NCBI GenBank assembly: GCA_964548595.1
Contig: CAZJQO010000003.1
Coordinates: forward strand, 1 to 35,521
Reading direction: 5' to 3'
Source: Candidatus Micrarchaeota archaeon
GTDB lineage: Archaea > Micrarchaeota > Micrarchaeia > Micrarchaeales > CABMGC01
Length of the DNA: 35,521 nucleotides
The position numbers and the translations under genes are program-made. Shown here in pieces: positions 25,045-33,647 of this stretch. A model generated the notes under the pieces. It was not told the origin of the DNA, did no database searches, and saw nothing but the letters and a program-made list of their open reading frames with translations. How positions within the stretch are numbered: the stretch's first letter is position 1; each line of letters begins with the position of its first letter.

Positions 25045-26883
25045 ATGCTAGGCGATGAAGACTACAGGAGGCTGGGTTTCAAGTGCGGGCTTGAGGTACA
25101 CCAGCGTCTTGCAACGCAGACGAAGCTCTTCTGCGGCTGCGACGCGCAGCTGCCCAACGACGTTTCGGTGGCTGAGGTGGAGAGGAGGCAGAGGGCCGTA
25201 GCCGGAGAGCTCGGCAGCATAGACCAGTCCGCGGCCTTCGAGACATCCAAAGGCAGGAGGTTCGTCTACAATGTTTTTTCCAAGACGTCGTGCCTTGTGG
25301 ACACAGACGAGGAGCCGCCGCACGATATAAACAGGGAGGCGCTCGGCATAGCGATGCGAATCGTGGCGTCGTTGCATGCAGGCGTGCCCGACGAGCTCGA
25401 GGTCATGAGAAAAGAGGTAGTGGACGGCAGCGATCCGGGCGGCTTCCAGAGGACGATGCTCGTCGGCTATGATGGCATAATAAAGACCATGGGCAGGGAG
25501 ATAAGCGTGCCTTCCATATTTCTCGAGGAGGAATCGGCCGGCATAGAGTACAGCGACGGGAACATGGCGGTATACAACCTGGACAGGTTCGGCGTGCCGC
25601 TCGTCGAGATAGACACAGCGCCGTGTCTAAGGACCCCTGGGGAGGCGAAGGCAGCCGCAGCCGCTCTCGGCCTTCTGCTCAGGCTTACGGGCAAGGTGCA
25701 GCGCGGTATAGGCTCGATAAGGCAGGACGTCAACGTTTCGATAAGGGAGGGAGCGCGCGTGGAGATAAAGGGCTTCCAGGACCTCGACACGATGGACAGG
25801 GTGATTGCCAACGAGGTGGAGAGGCAGCGGCGCCTGGTTGAGATACGCGACGAGCTGCTCAGGCGAAAGGCGAAGGTGCATACGGCGCGCACCGACGTCA
25901 CTAGCGTCTTCGGCGAGACCGGGGCGCGCATAGTCGCCAAGAGCGTAGGCAACAGCGGCGCAGTCATGGCCGCAAAGCTGGAGGGCTTCGCAGGCATGCT
26001 TGGCAAGGAGATAAACCCCGGCCGGAGGCTGGGCAGCGAGATAAGCGACTATGCAAAACTGGCCGGACTGGGCGGCATAATACACAGCGACGAGGATCTT
26101 GCCGGATACGGCTTCTCCGAAATGGAGATAGGCACGCTTCGCAGCCTGCTGAACATCGGCTCTGGCGATGCATTCATACTTGTGACCGGAGAGAAAGAGG
26201 CATGCATGCGCGCGCTTGGCGCCGCGTGCATCAGGGCCGAACAGGCGTTGGAAGGAGTGCCGAAAGAGACAAGGGGCGTCGACCCAAAGATGCTCATCAC
26301 CACGTTCCTGAGGCCCCTGCCAGGCGGGGAGCGAATGTACCCCGAAACTGACGAGAGACCCATACCGGTGGAGGCTGGCATGCTCGAGCACGCGAAGGAT
26401 GAAGCCGTAGACGTTGAAGCGATATCGAGACGCCTGAAAAAAGCAATAGGCAACGCCCAGCTCGAGGAGCAGATGCTCTGGTCGCAGCACCTAGGCGGCT
26501 TCTTCGAGATAGTGGAGAAAACTGGAGCTGACGGCAGCACCGTTGCCGCTACCCTGCTGGAGAAGATGACGCAGCTTAGGAGGAGCGGCGTCGACACCAG
26601 CGGCATAGGCGAAGAGGCGATGCTGAAGATATTTGCAGAATACGGGAAGGGCGCGATCACGAAGGCAGCGATCGAGGAGATACTAAAGCGCGGGCCCAGG
26701 GACGCGGCGGGTGTTGAGAAGATAATAAAAGAAGGGAGGCTCGAGAGGCTGAAGGGCAGGGAGCTGGAGCTTGCGATCAAAGAAGCAGGCAAAGAGGGCG
26801 GCGTTGAGGAAAGGACCAGGCGCATAATGAGCAAGCACAGGCTCAACATAGACGGAGACGAGCTGAAGAAAATGCTGAAGTAG
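25045..26883 (+). CDS. gatE: Glu-tRNA(Gln) amidotransferase subunit E
   Basis: 'GFKCGLEVHQRLAT.TKLFCGC' is the GatB/E N-terminus. The length is 612 aa, with a GatE-specific insertion and a YqeY-like tail. Confidence 0.9.
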   Translation: MLGDEDYRRLGFKCGLEVHQRLATQTKLFCGCDAQLPNDVSVAEVERRQRAVAGELGSIDQSAAFETSKGRRFVYNVFSKTSCLVDTDEEPPHDINREALGIAMRIVASLHAGVPDELEVMRKEVVDGSDPGGFQRTMLVGYDGIIKTMGREISVPSIFLEEESAGIEYSDGNMAVYNLDRFGVPLVEIDTAPCLRTPGEAKAAAAALGLLLRLTGKVQRGIGSIRQDVNVSIREGARVEIKGFQDLDTMDRVIANEVERQRRLVEIRDELLRRKAKVHTARTDVTSVFGETGARIVAKSVGNSGAVMAAKLEGFAGMLGKEINPGRRLGSEISDYAKLAGLGGIIHSDEDLAGYGFSEMEIGTLRSLLNIGSGDAFILVTGEKEACMRALGAACIRAEQALEGVPKETRGVDPKMLITTFLRPLPGGERMYPETDERPIPVEAGMLEHAKDEAVDVEAISRRLKKAIGNAQLEEQMLWSQHLGGFFEIVEKTGADGSTVAATLLEKMTQLRRSGVDTSGIGEEAMLKIFAEYGKGAITKAAIEEILKRGPRDAAGVEKIIKEGRLERLKGRELELAIKEAGKEGGVEERTRRIMSKHRLNIDGDELKKMLK

Positions 26884-26920
26884 AGCCTACTCCGGCTCGC
26901 GCTTTAGCGCTCTGGCGCTA

Positions 26921-27219
26921 TCAGGCCGGAAATGCCCCGAAGAACCCCTCGCCCTCTTCGAAGCTGCCAGCCTTGAACAGCACGATGCCGCCAGGCTTCG
27001 AGCCGATAACGCCCCTGACGAAAGCAGCCTCGCTTGCTACGCCAGCATGCTCGCCCGTGAACACGTTGCTGCAGCTCCTTCTTCGAGCTTTTTGCCTATC
27101 GTTTCCCTGTGCTTCGCTGGCAGGTTTACCGCAATCACGCTGCCGCCCCCTTTCAGGCTGGACGCCCGACACAGGCAGGCGGTGCTACTTCGCGCTTCTT
27201 TTAATTCTGGATATCTCAT
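26921..27219 (-). pseudogene. disrupted (frameshifted) ~100-codon ORF of unknown function downstream of infB
   Basis: Two minus-strand frames each carry a coding-like half. One is MRYPELKEARSSTACLCRASSLKGGGSVIAVNLPAKHRETIGKKLEEGAAAT (27219 to about 27070). The other is NVFTGEHAGVASEAAFVRGVIGSKPGGIVLFKAGSFEEGEGFFGAFPA* (to 26921). Both use host-like codons, with about 26 of 46 codons in the second half starting with G. A 1-nt shift near 27065-27075 would join them. The alternation of strand-like and helix-like segments vaguely recalls an L7Ae/L30e- or SIS-type fold, which is weak evidence. Confidence 0.3.
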
Positions 27220-28939
27220 CGAGCAGTTTCTTCTCCTCGTCGTCGAGCAGGTAGCTGAACTTCGAACGCAGCAGCATCTCCTCGTCGTCGTTTATGTGCG
27301 AGTACATTACCTTGTCGTCCTTTACCTGCCTGCCGAACGCAACGCCGTCCATCGATATCGCCACGCTCTCCCCCTTCGCAGCCTCATCCACTCTGATGCC
27401 GTTGTTCTGCAGTTCCCTTACCCTTCCCAGCGGGTCGCCCCTCTCGTCCATCAGGAGCACGGCAGACTTTAGCCTTCCCGCTATCACGTCAACGCCGAAT
27501 ATGGCAGGGTGCGATATCCTGAAAGCGGTATTGGGCACCACCCTGAGCATGCAGGGGAACGTCAGGGTCCTTGCTGCGTCTTCGCGCTCCCTCTTCTTCT
27601 GCTCATCGAGCCAGGCCTTGTAGTCGTCGAGTATCTTGTATATCACATTCTCCCCCAGCACCCTGATGCCCGCGGCCTCGCTCTCGCGCGCAGCGTCGGG
27701 GTCCACGCTGACGTTGAAGGCAAGCACCACGGAGCTGTACGGGTCTATCGCCCTCATGCTGAAGGCGTCGAGCACGTCGCGCTTGCTCACGTTCCCTATG
27801 CCCTTCTTGCTTATCTTTACGCCTCCAGCGCCAAGCAGCTTTGAGAGCGCCTCCATGCTGCCCATCGTGTCTGTCTTTAGCACTATGCCCGGCATCTCCA
27901 CGGCAAACACGTCCTGCATCTCGCCAGTTATCTCATTCTCGTAATCCTTGTCGAGCGTTGACACAATCAGCGAGCCCGGAAGAGCCTCCTCGAAGCCTAC
28001 ACCGCTCAGCTTTACTCCGGATGCGGCAGATACCGAATCGGCGTAGTAATACTTGCTCCCCGCTTCCCGCATCTCCTGCAGGGGCTTGGGCTTGAGCAGG
28101 GCCCTTATCCTGCCTATCCCTATGCCGTTTGCGGTGGCGAACGCGACGCTCTCATTGACGCTGAGCTCGCCGCTGTAGAGTATTACGTCTATTGTTGTGC
28201 CCAGCCCCCTCTCCTCTTTCTTCTCCAGTATGCTCCCCTTGCCTGGCCCGGATACCTCTACGCTGAGCCTTGCCTCAAGGAAGCGCTGCGTTATGCCCGC
28301 TGTGTAGACGAGCAGCTCCGCTATTCCCTCTCCCGTCTTTGCGCTCACGGGCAGTATCGCCACCTCTTTCCTGAAGTCCTTGACGCGGTCGAAGCGCTCG
28401 CTCTCGAAACCGAGCTCGCTCAGCTTGCCCACCAGCTCGTACATCTTAGTGTCCAGGGAGGCATCGACGTCTGTTGTCTGCTTCGAAAGAGATTCGGCGA
28501 AGCTCATGGTGCGCTGGTTCCTCCAGCCTGTTATCAGGTCTATCTTGTTGGCCGCAACGATGAACGGCGTTTTGTACTCCTTGAGTATGTCTATCGCCTC
28601 ATACGTCTGGGGCTCGAAGCCCTTGCTTATGTCAACCACGAGTATCGCGAGATCAGCCACAGCGCCTCCGCGCTTCCTGAGATTGGTAAACGCCTCGTGC
28701 CCCGGGGTATCGATGAAGAGAAGCGCAGGTATCGTTATCTTGGCGCCGAAGCGCTTGAGCACCGGCCCGGCCACTTCCTCTACCACGTCGAGCGGCACCT
28801 CGCTGGCGCCTATGTGCTGGGTTATGCCGCCGGCTTCGCGGCTTGCAACAGCCGTATGCCTCACCGCGTCAAGAAGCGTCGTCTTGCCGTGGTCCACGTG
28901 CCCCATAACGCAGATTATCGGTTGCCTGATCATGCGCAT
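27185..28939 (-). CDS. infB: translation initiation factor aIF5B (IF2-type GTPase)
   Basis: G1 'GHVDHGKTTLLD', G3 'DTPGHEAF' and G4 'NKID'. About 585 aa, which is typical for archaeal aIF5B. ATG 28939 (MRMIRQPI) is preferred over the ORF start at 28954. Confidence 0.9.
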   Translation of the reverse strand: MRMIRQPIICVMGHVDHGKTTLLDAVRHTAVASREAGGITQHIGASEVPLDVVEEVAGPVLKRFGAKITIPALLFIDTPGHEAFTNLRKRGGAVADLAILVVDISKGFEPQTYEAIDILKEYKTPFIVAANKIDLITGWRNQRTMSFAESLSKQTTDVDASLDTKMYELVGKLSELGFESERFDRVKDFRKEVAILPVSAKTGEGIAELLVYTAGITQRFLEARLSVEVSGPGKGSILEKKEERGLGTTIDVILYSGELSVNESVAFATANGIGIGRIRALLKPKPLQEMREAGSKYYYADSVSAASGVKLSGVGFEEALPGSLIVSTLDKDYENEITGEMQDVFAVEMPGIVLKTDTMGSMEALSKLLGAGGVKISKKGIGNVSKRDVLDAFSMRAIDPYSSVVLAFNVSVDPDAARESEAAGIRVLGENVIYKILDDYKAWLDEQKKREREDAARTLTFPCMLRVVPNTAFRISHPAIFGVDVIAGRLKSAVLLMDERGDPLGRVRELQNNGIRVDEAAKGESVAISMDGVAFGRQVKDDKVMYSHINDDEEMLLRSKFSYLLDDEEKKLLDEISRIKRSAK

Positions 28940-29058
28940 CGCCAGAAACAGCAAGCTATAAAGATATTGGACGTATTACCTATAAAGATTGTTGTTGCCC
29001 GGCAATTCATACCGCCGCTGAAGCGCGCGGGCTTCCCTGTCGGGTATAGGTGATGCAG

Positions 29059-29643
29059 ATGGAGAGAACTTTGGTTTTAATCAAGCCTGACGGAGTCGGC
29101 AGGGGCTTGACCGGCGAAGTGGTAACGCGGTTCGAGCGTGCAGGATTTAGGATAGCGGGCATGAAGATGGTGACGCCTTCCAGGGCGCAGGTGGAGCTCT
29201 TCTACCCGACAAACGACGTCTGGTTCGTGCGCGTGGGTGAAAGGAGCGCCAAGACGTTCAGGGAATCGGGGATGAGCGTGGAGGAGAAATTCGGCACAGC
29301 GGACGCGGCCAAGATAGGCAGGATGATAAAGGACTGGATAGTCAGGTTCATGACTTCGGGCAGCGTGGTCGCGATGGTGCTGGAGGGAGACAGAGCGGTG
29401 GAGAATGCGAGGCGGCTGGTAGGCGAAACAATACCGATAAAGGCGCTCCCTGGAACGATAAGAGGCGACTTCTCGATAGACAGCGTGATACTGGGGAACA
29501 GCACCAACAGGCCCATGATGAACGTTGTGCACGCCTCTGAAAGCGTGGACGAGGCAAAACGCGAGATTGGAGTGTGGTTCAAAGAAGCAGAGCTTTTCGA
29601 GTACAGAAGGGAGACCGAGGACATTTTTTACAGGGTGTGGTAG
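29059..29643 (+). CDS. ndk: nucleoside diphosphate kinase, long form (paralog 1)
   Basis: 'ERTLVLIKPDGV', 'FMTSGSVVAMVLEG', 'PGTIRGDF' and the catalytic His context 'NVVHASES'. A ~30-aa insertion sits between the 'FY' and 'FMTSG' regions. The SD-like AGGTGA lies 5 nt before ATG 29059. In-frame alternatives are at 29050 and 29053. Confidence 0.8.
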   Translation: MERTLVLIKPDGVGRGLTGEVVTRFERAGFRIAGMKMVTPSRAQVELFYPTNDVWFVRVGERSAKTFRESGMSVEEKFGTADAAKIGRMIKDWIVRFMTSGSVVAMVLEGDRAVENARRLVGETIPIKALPGTIRGDFSIDSVILGNSTNRPMMNVVHASESVDEAKREIGVWFKEAELFEYRRETEDIFYRVW

Positions 29644-30186
29644 ATGACAAAAGACTACAGGGAGAGAACGCTAGTGGTAATAAAGCCGGACGCTGTGAAA
29701 CGGGGGCTTATCGGGGAGATAACGGCCAGGTTCGAGAGGGCTGGACTCAATATGGCTGCTATGAAAATGGTTTGGCTCGGCAAGAAGCAGGTTGATGCGT
29801 TCTACCCGAGCGACAAGGAATGGATACTGATGCTTGGAAAGAAGAACACCGCGGCGGCGCGGCTGCGCGGGGAGAAGCTAGGCAGGAGCGAGTGGGAGTA
29901 CGGCAAGCTTGTCAGGGAATGGCTTCTTGATTATATTTCCTCGGGGCCCTGCATCCCCATGGTGCTTGAGGGAATAGACGCAATATACACGGTAAGGAAG
30001 CTGATCGGCCCCACTGACATCGCGCAGGCGCAGCCTGGCACGGTAAGAGGGGACTATTCCACAGACACCATATTCATAGCAGGCAAGGAAGAGCGGGCAA
30101 ACAGGAACGTGGTGCACGCATCTGGAAACGCGGAAGAGGCGAAGAAAGAGATTGCGTTCTTCTTCTCGAAGAAGGAGCTCGCCTAG
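29644..30186 (+). CDS. ndk: nucleoside diphosphate kinase, long form (paralog 2)
   Basis: 'ERTLVVIKPDAV', 'YISSGPCIPMVLEG', 'PGTVRGDY' and 'NVVHASGNAEEAKKEIAFFF'. It has the same insertion position as paralog 1. The ATG directly follows the paralog 1 TAG. Confidence 0.8.
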   Translation: MTKDYRERTLVVIKPDAVKRGLIGEITARFERAGLNMAAMKMVWLGKKQVDAFYPSDKEWILMLGKKNTAAARLRGEKLGRSEWEYGKLVREWLLDYISSGPCIPMVLEGIDAIYTVRKLIGPTDIAQAQPGTVRGDYSTDTIFIAGKEERANRNVVHASGNAEEAKKEIAFFFSKKELA

Positions 30187-30488
30187 GCGCCCATCTGCAT
30201 CCTGAACTCCTCGCTTATCATCTCCGGGTTCCATGCAGGCTCCCAGACAAGATCAAGGTTCACCTTGCCCACCCCGGCCAGGTTCTCGAGCCTGAGCTCC
30301 ACGTCCGCGAGTATGACGCTCGTAACCGGGCACATCGGGCTGGTCATGGTGAGCTTTATGTCTATGTCGTTGCTCGCGCTTACCTTTATGTCATAGAGGA
30401 GGCCGAGGTCAACCACATTTATGCCTATCTCCGGGTCCACAGTGTTCTTCAGCGCATTTGTTATTTCAGCTATGGTGAGCATTGCCAT
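30183..30488 (-). CDS. DUF59/MIP18-family Fe-S cluster assembly protein (SufT/PaaD-like)
   Basis: 101 aa. 'VDPEIGINVVDLGLLYDI....TMTSPMCPV' is the characteristic DUF59 motif with its conserved Cys. Its stop overlaps the ndk2 stop (CTAG). Confidence 0.75.
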   Translation of the reverse strand: MAMLTIAEITNALKNTVDPEIGINVVDLGLLYDIKVSASNDIDIKLTMTSPMCPVTSVILADVELRLENLAGVGKVNLDLVWEPAWNPEMISEEFRMQMGA

Positions 30489-30538
30489 AATACCTAGTTA
30501 TACGTACAGGTATAAATTAGTTGCAGAGGAGCGCGCCC

Positions 30539-33463
30539 CTACCTGCACGTGCCTGATGCGCTGAACCAGCCGCAGTTGCTTGCCGTCTGGCAGGCGTTGC
30601 CCCCGGAGTCGATGTTGCTGCTGGTGCTGTTCAGGGAGGTGCCAACGCAGTATACGCTGGCCCTGCTCGAATCCGAGAATATGTCGCTCTGCATGGTGCT
30701 GCTTGTGGTGTTGCTCAGATATGCGCCGTAGGCGCTCTTCTGAACGGTGTTGTTGGTTACGGTAGCGGCAGAGACGTCGGAGAAGACGAGCGAGTCTGCG
30801 TTGCTGTAGAGCCTGTTGTTGTAAACATCAGCCTCAGTGGTGTTGCTCACTTCTATGCCGTTTGTGCCGTTCTGTATCGTGTTACGATAAATGCTGGAGA
30901 ACCTGCCGCTGAGCCTTATTGCGTTGCCTGCATACACTATGGTGTTGTTGTATACGCTGGCGTCCTGCCCGTTGCCCTCTATGCCTGTGGTGAAGTTGAC
31001 GAGCAGGCAGTTGTAGATGCGCACGCCTGCCGCATCAACTATGTTTGCAAACGTGCCTCCTTTTTCCGCATACACTGTATGGCCCGCGCAGTCTATGCTC
31101 GTTCCGTTGGCAGAGCCCACGCTGTTTACATACACGCCGAAGCATGTGTCTCCGTTGGTGAAGAACATATCGCGGCTTAACACTATGCTGCTCGGGGAGA
31201 AGACAGAGGTGCACGATGTACCCTGCACCACAGGGCTTGTCTCCACCAGCCAGGTGCAGTCGCTCTTGGTTATGCCCGAGTCGACACTTATCGGATTGGA
31301 GTAGATGCCTGTGGACGAGCCACTGCAGACGTAATCGCCGGCCTTGTTCGAGTCGGCCGTGTTGTTGTAGACTGTGTTGTTGCGCGAGTTGTCGAAGAGG
31401 AAGCCGTAGCCCGGATTGCTAGTCGCGCTGTCGAAGCCTATGTTGTTTAGCGTGGCGTTTATGAAGGCGAAGCCGTATGCGCTGCTCGAGCCTGTGCCTG
31501 CGCTGCTGTGCGTGATGCTGCTTGAGGCGAGCCTTGTGAAGTTGAAGCCGTAGGAAGTAGCACCCGATACGTTCAGTGACGAGAAGAGGCTGTCTGAAAT
31601 GTTGTAGAAGGAGAAGCCGGCCGAGACGCCGCTGAAAGCATCTGACCTGAGGCTCAGGCCCGATGCGTTGCTCGCCTTTATGCCAATTGCAAAATTGCTT
31701 GCCGTGCAGTTTGATATGCTGACGTTGCTCTCCCTGCCAACTATGAATGCGCTCCCGGAGCCAGCTCCGCGTATGCTATGGCCGTTGCAGCTCAGCACCA
31801 CGTTGCTAGTGTCTATCGACATGCACGTGCCGCCCTGCGCCAGCAGGTCCTGGCTGAGCTCGTAGCTGCCCGGCCTGGTTATGGTGCCGCACGAGCTGAG
31901 AGGATACACGGAAAGGCTTGGCAGGACCGTCTGCCTGCACGATGAAGAGGCCCAGCTGCACGTGGTTACGCCGCACGAGAAGTCCTGCGCCAGGTCTGTT
32001 GTGGAATTGTACGTCGCCGGGGTGCAGTAAAGGTCGGATTTGGTGTTGTTTGCAGCTGCACCCCTGTTGAATACTGCGCCGTAGCCCGAGTTCAGGTAAA
32101 CGCCATAGCTGTTGTTGTGCGCGCTTATGCCATAGAAGAGCGTGCCAGGAGAAGAGTTCACGTAAAGACCGTAGTCATTGCCAAGCATCATGTCATTGGA
32201 AACGCTGCCTGCGCTGGTTCCGTTCAGGAAGAGGCCATAGGCATCGTTGGAGAACAGGGAGTTGCTTACTTGCGGAGACGGCGACGCTGACAGGTACACG
32301 CCGTAGGTGTCGTTGCTCAGCACGCAGTCGGAGATGCTGGCACCGGGAACCGGGCCGACAGATATGCCGTAGCTCGAGCCATAGATCTGCTTGCCCGAAC
32401 ACGAGAAGCTCACGTTAGCCGCCAGTATGCGTATGCACGGAACGCCGTTGGAGAGCGCCTGATTGCCGGAATATGCGGATGTGCTTATGTCGCTCGAGAG
32501 CACGTAGTTGCCGGCGGCGTAGATGGTGCCGCACGAGCTGACCGGGCCCGGAGAGAGGCTGACGCTCGAGAAGTTGAACGGCGCGTTTGCTTTGCACGAG
32601 GCAAAGCCGCAGTAATCGTTGACGGAGCATGTCGAGCCCGTGAATGTTCCTGCGCCCGTTGGCGCGGAAGAGGCGTTGCATAAAAGATCTACCGGATTGC
32701 TGGAGAAGACGTCGTTGGAGAAACCGTTACCGGATGCGTCAAGCACAAGGCCGTAGTAGGCATTGCCTGACACTGTATCGTGTGAGAAGCTGTTGCCGCC
32801 CCCGCTGGCTACGTAGATGCCGCCCTGCTTGCTCTGCGACACATGCACACCTGTGTCGGCTATGCTGTTGTTGTAAGATGCACGCATGTAGAGGCCCGAA
32901 AGAGTGGAGTTGGTGAAGTTGCTGTAAGACAACGCAGAGCTGTTTGTAGAGTTCATGAACACGTCATAGGAGAAGCGCGACACGGTAACGTTGCTTACTG
33001 ACACGTTGGAAACGCCCTGCAGCAGTATCCCGTAGGAGTATGGCTGAACGTCAGAAAACGGGCCGCTGCCAGTTATGCTGTGGCCCCTGCCATTCAGGGT
33101 GACGTCGCTTGCGGCTATTGTTATGCAGGCGCCCGACACTTGCGTGTGGTTTATATTGCCGGCAAGGTAGTAGGAGCCGGGCTTGCTTATGGCGGTGCAG
33201 CCGCTGATCTGGGAAACTGTCGCCTGCTGCACGCTTGTGGTGGATGTGGTTGCGGGAACGCCGGTGCTGCTTGTTAGTGCGAGCAGCACAACCGCTATGA
33301 CCACGATGGCGACCGCCGCAACCGCTACGTTCCTGCGCGATATGCCACCCAGGCCAATTTTGCTTTGCGGCAAAGGTGCGGCGCCAGAAGCCTGAGCCTG
33401 GGATGGCTGGTTCTGCACAAAATCAGCTTGTGGCTGCTGCGTACCGTTCCCTTGATTATCCAT
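30539..33463 (-). CDS. large membrane-anchored surface protein with four parallel beta-helix (PbH1/NosD/CASH-like) modules
   Basis: 974 aa. It has a Q-rich N-terminus and one TM anchor (aa ~45-65). There are four modules of ~215-225 aa, starting at Cys 89, 311, 525 and 751. Each opens with a C-x-I-x-x-(P)G-x-Y-x-L...C-I-x-I...V-x-L-x-C-x-G-h-x-I pattern. This is followed by N/S/G/Y-rich short repeats ('SNDxYGVYL', 'NNTI') typical of right-handed beta-helices, and each module ends in a Cys-rich linker. There are many NxS/T sequons. Confidence 0.75.
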   Translation of the reverse strand: MDNQGNGTQQPQADFVQNQPSQAQASGAAPLPQSKIGLGGISRRNVAVAAVAIVVIAVVLLALTSSTGVPATTSTTSVQQATVSQISGCTAISKPGSYYLAGNINHTQVSGACITIAASDVTLNGRGHSITGSGPFSDVQPYSYGILLQGVSNVSVSNVTVSRFSYDVFMNSTNSSALSYSNFTNSTLSGLYMRASYNNSIADTGVHVSQSKQGGIYVASGGGNSFSHDTVSGNAYYGLVLDASGNGFSNDVFSSNPVDLLCNASSAPTGAGTFTGSTCSVNDYCGFASCKANAPFNFSSVSLSPGPVSSCGTIYAAGNYVLSSDISTSAYSGNQALSNGVPCIRILAANVSFSCSGKQIYGSSYGISVGPVPGASISDCVLSNDTYGVYLSASPSPQVSNSLFSNDAYGLFLNGTSAGSVSNDMMLGNDYGLYVNSSPGTLFYGISAHNNSYGVYLNSGYGAVFNRGAAANNTKSDLYCTPATYNSTTDLAQDFSCGVTTCSWASSSCRQTVLPSLSVYPLSSCGTITRPGSYELSQDLLAQGGTCMSIDTSNVVLSCNGHSIRGAGSGSAFIVGRESNVSISNCTASNFAIGIKASNASGLSLRSDAFSGVSAGFSFYNISDSLFSSLNVSGATSYGFNFTRLASSSITHSSAGTGSSSAYGFAFINATLNNIGFDSATSNPGYGFLFDNSRNNTVYNNTADSNKAGDYVCSGSSTGIYSNPISVDSGITKSDCTWLVETSPVVQGTSCTSVFSPSSIVLSRDMFFTNGDTCFGVYVNSVGSANGTSIDCAGHTVYAEKGGTFANIVDAAGVRIYNCLLVNFTTGIEGNGQDASVYNNTIVYAGNAIRLSGRFSSIYRNTIQNGTNGIEVSNTTEADVYNNRLYSNADSLVFSDVSAATVTNNTVQKSAYGAYLSNTTSSTMQSDIFSDSSRASVYCVGTSLNSTSSNIDSGGNACQTASNCGWFSASGTCR

Positions 33464-33519
33464 AAGGCAACCCTGTAGAATACATATTTATTCTATGATA
33501 TGCTTTTAATACGTAATGC

Positions 33520-33591
33520 GCCCCAGTAACTCAATGGCAGAGTGACTGCTTCGTAAGCAGTAAGTTGGGGGTTCGAATCCCTCCTGGGGCT
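33520..33591 (+). tRNA. tRNA-Thr (anticodon CGU)
   Basis: Folded by hand. Acceptor GCCCCAG/CTGGGGC (7 bp), U8, D stem ACTC/GAGT with GG in the loop, and anticodon stem ACTGC/GCAGT. The anticodon loop is TTCGTAA (CGT at positions 34-36). There is a 5-nt variable loop and a T arm GGGGG-TTCGAAT-CCCTC. The discriminator is T and no CCA is encoded. Confidence 0.9.
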
Positions 33592-33647
33592 GTTGACATT
33601 GACACACACTCCCCATCATAGTTATTTATATATATTTCTATACAAAT

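Noticed and set aside
25467-26849. Three long minus-strand ORFs (179, 287 and 266 aa) inside gatE
   Set aside because: They are antisense shadows of gatE, with Ser/Pro/Arg/Ala-rich translations and no motifs. The same reasoning applies to 14446-15461 (in lonB), 9739-10569 (in topA/trmI), 2913-3701 and 1819-2979.
26884-27184. Possible SRP (7S) RNA, suggested by 'caggccggaaa' and 'gaaagcagcc', which recall SRP helix-8 sequences
   Set aside because: The required long 5'/3' pairing (helix 5) is absent. The two motifs are not arranged as a helix-8 hairpin. The minus strand shows strong period-3, G-first codon structure, which is typical of coding or ex-coding DNA.
8374-28939. Inteins in typical host genes (rfcS, topA, lonB, top6A, ileS, infB)
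   Set aside because: All have normal lengths and uninterrupted motif spacing. No Cys/Ser...HN-Cys/Ser/Thr splicing blocks or homing-endonuclease (LAGLIDADG) segments were seen.
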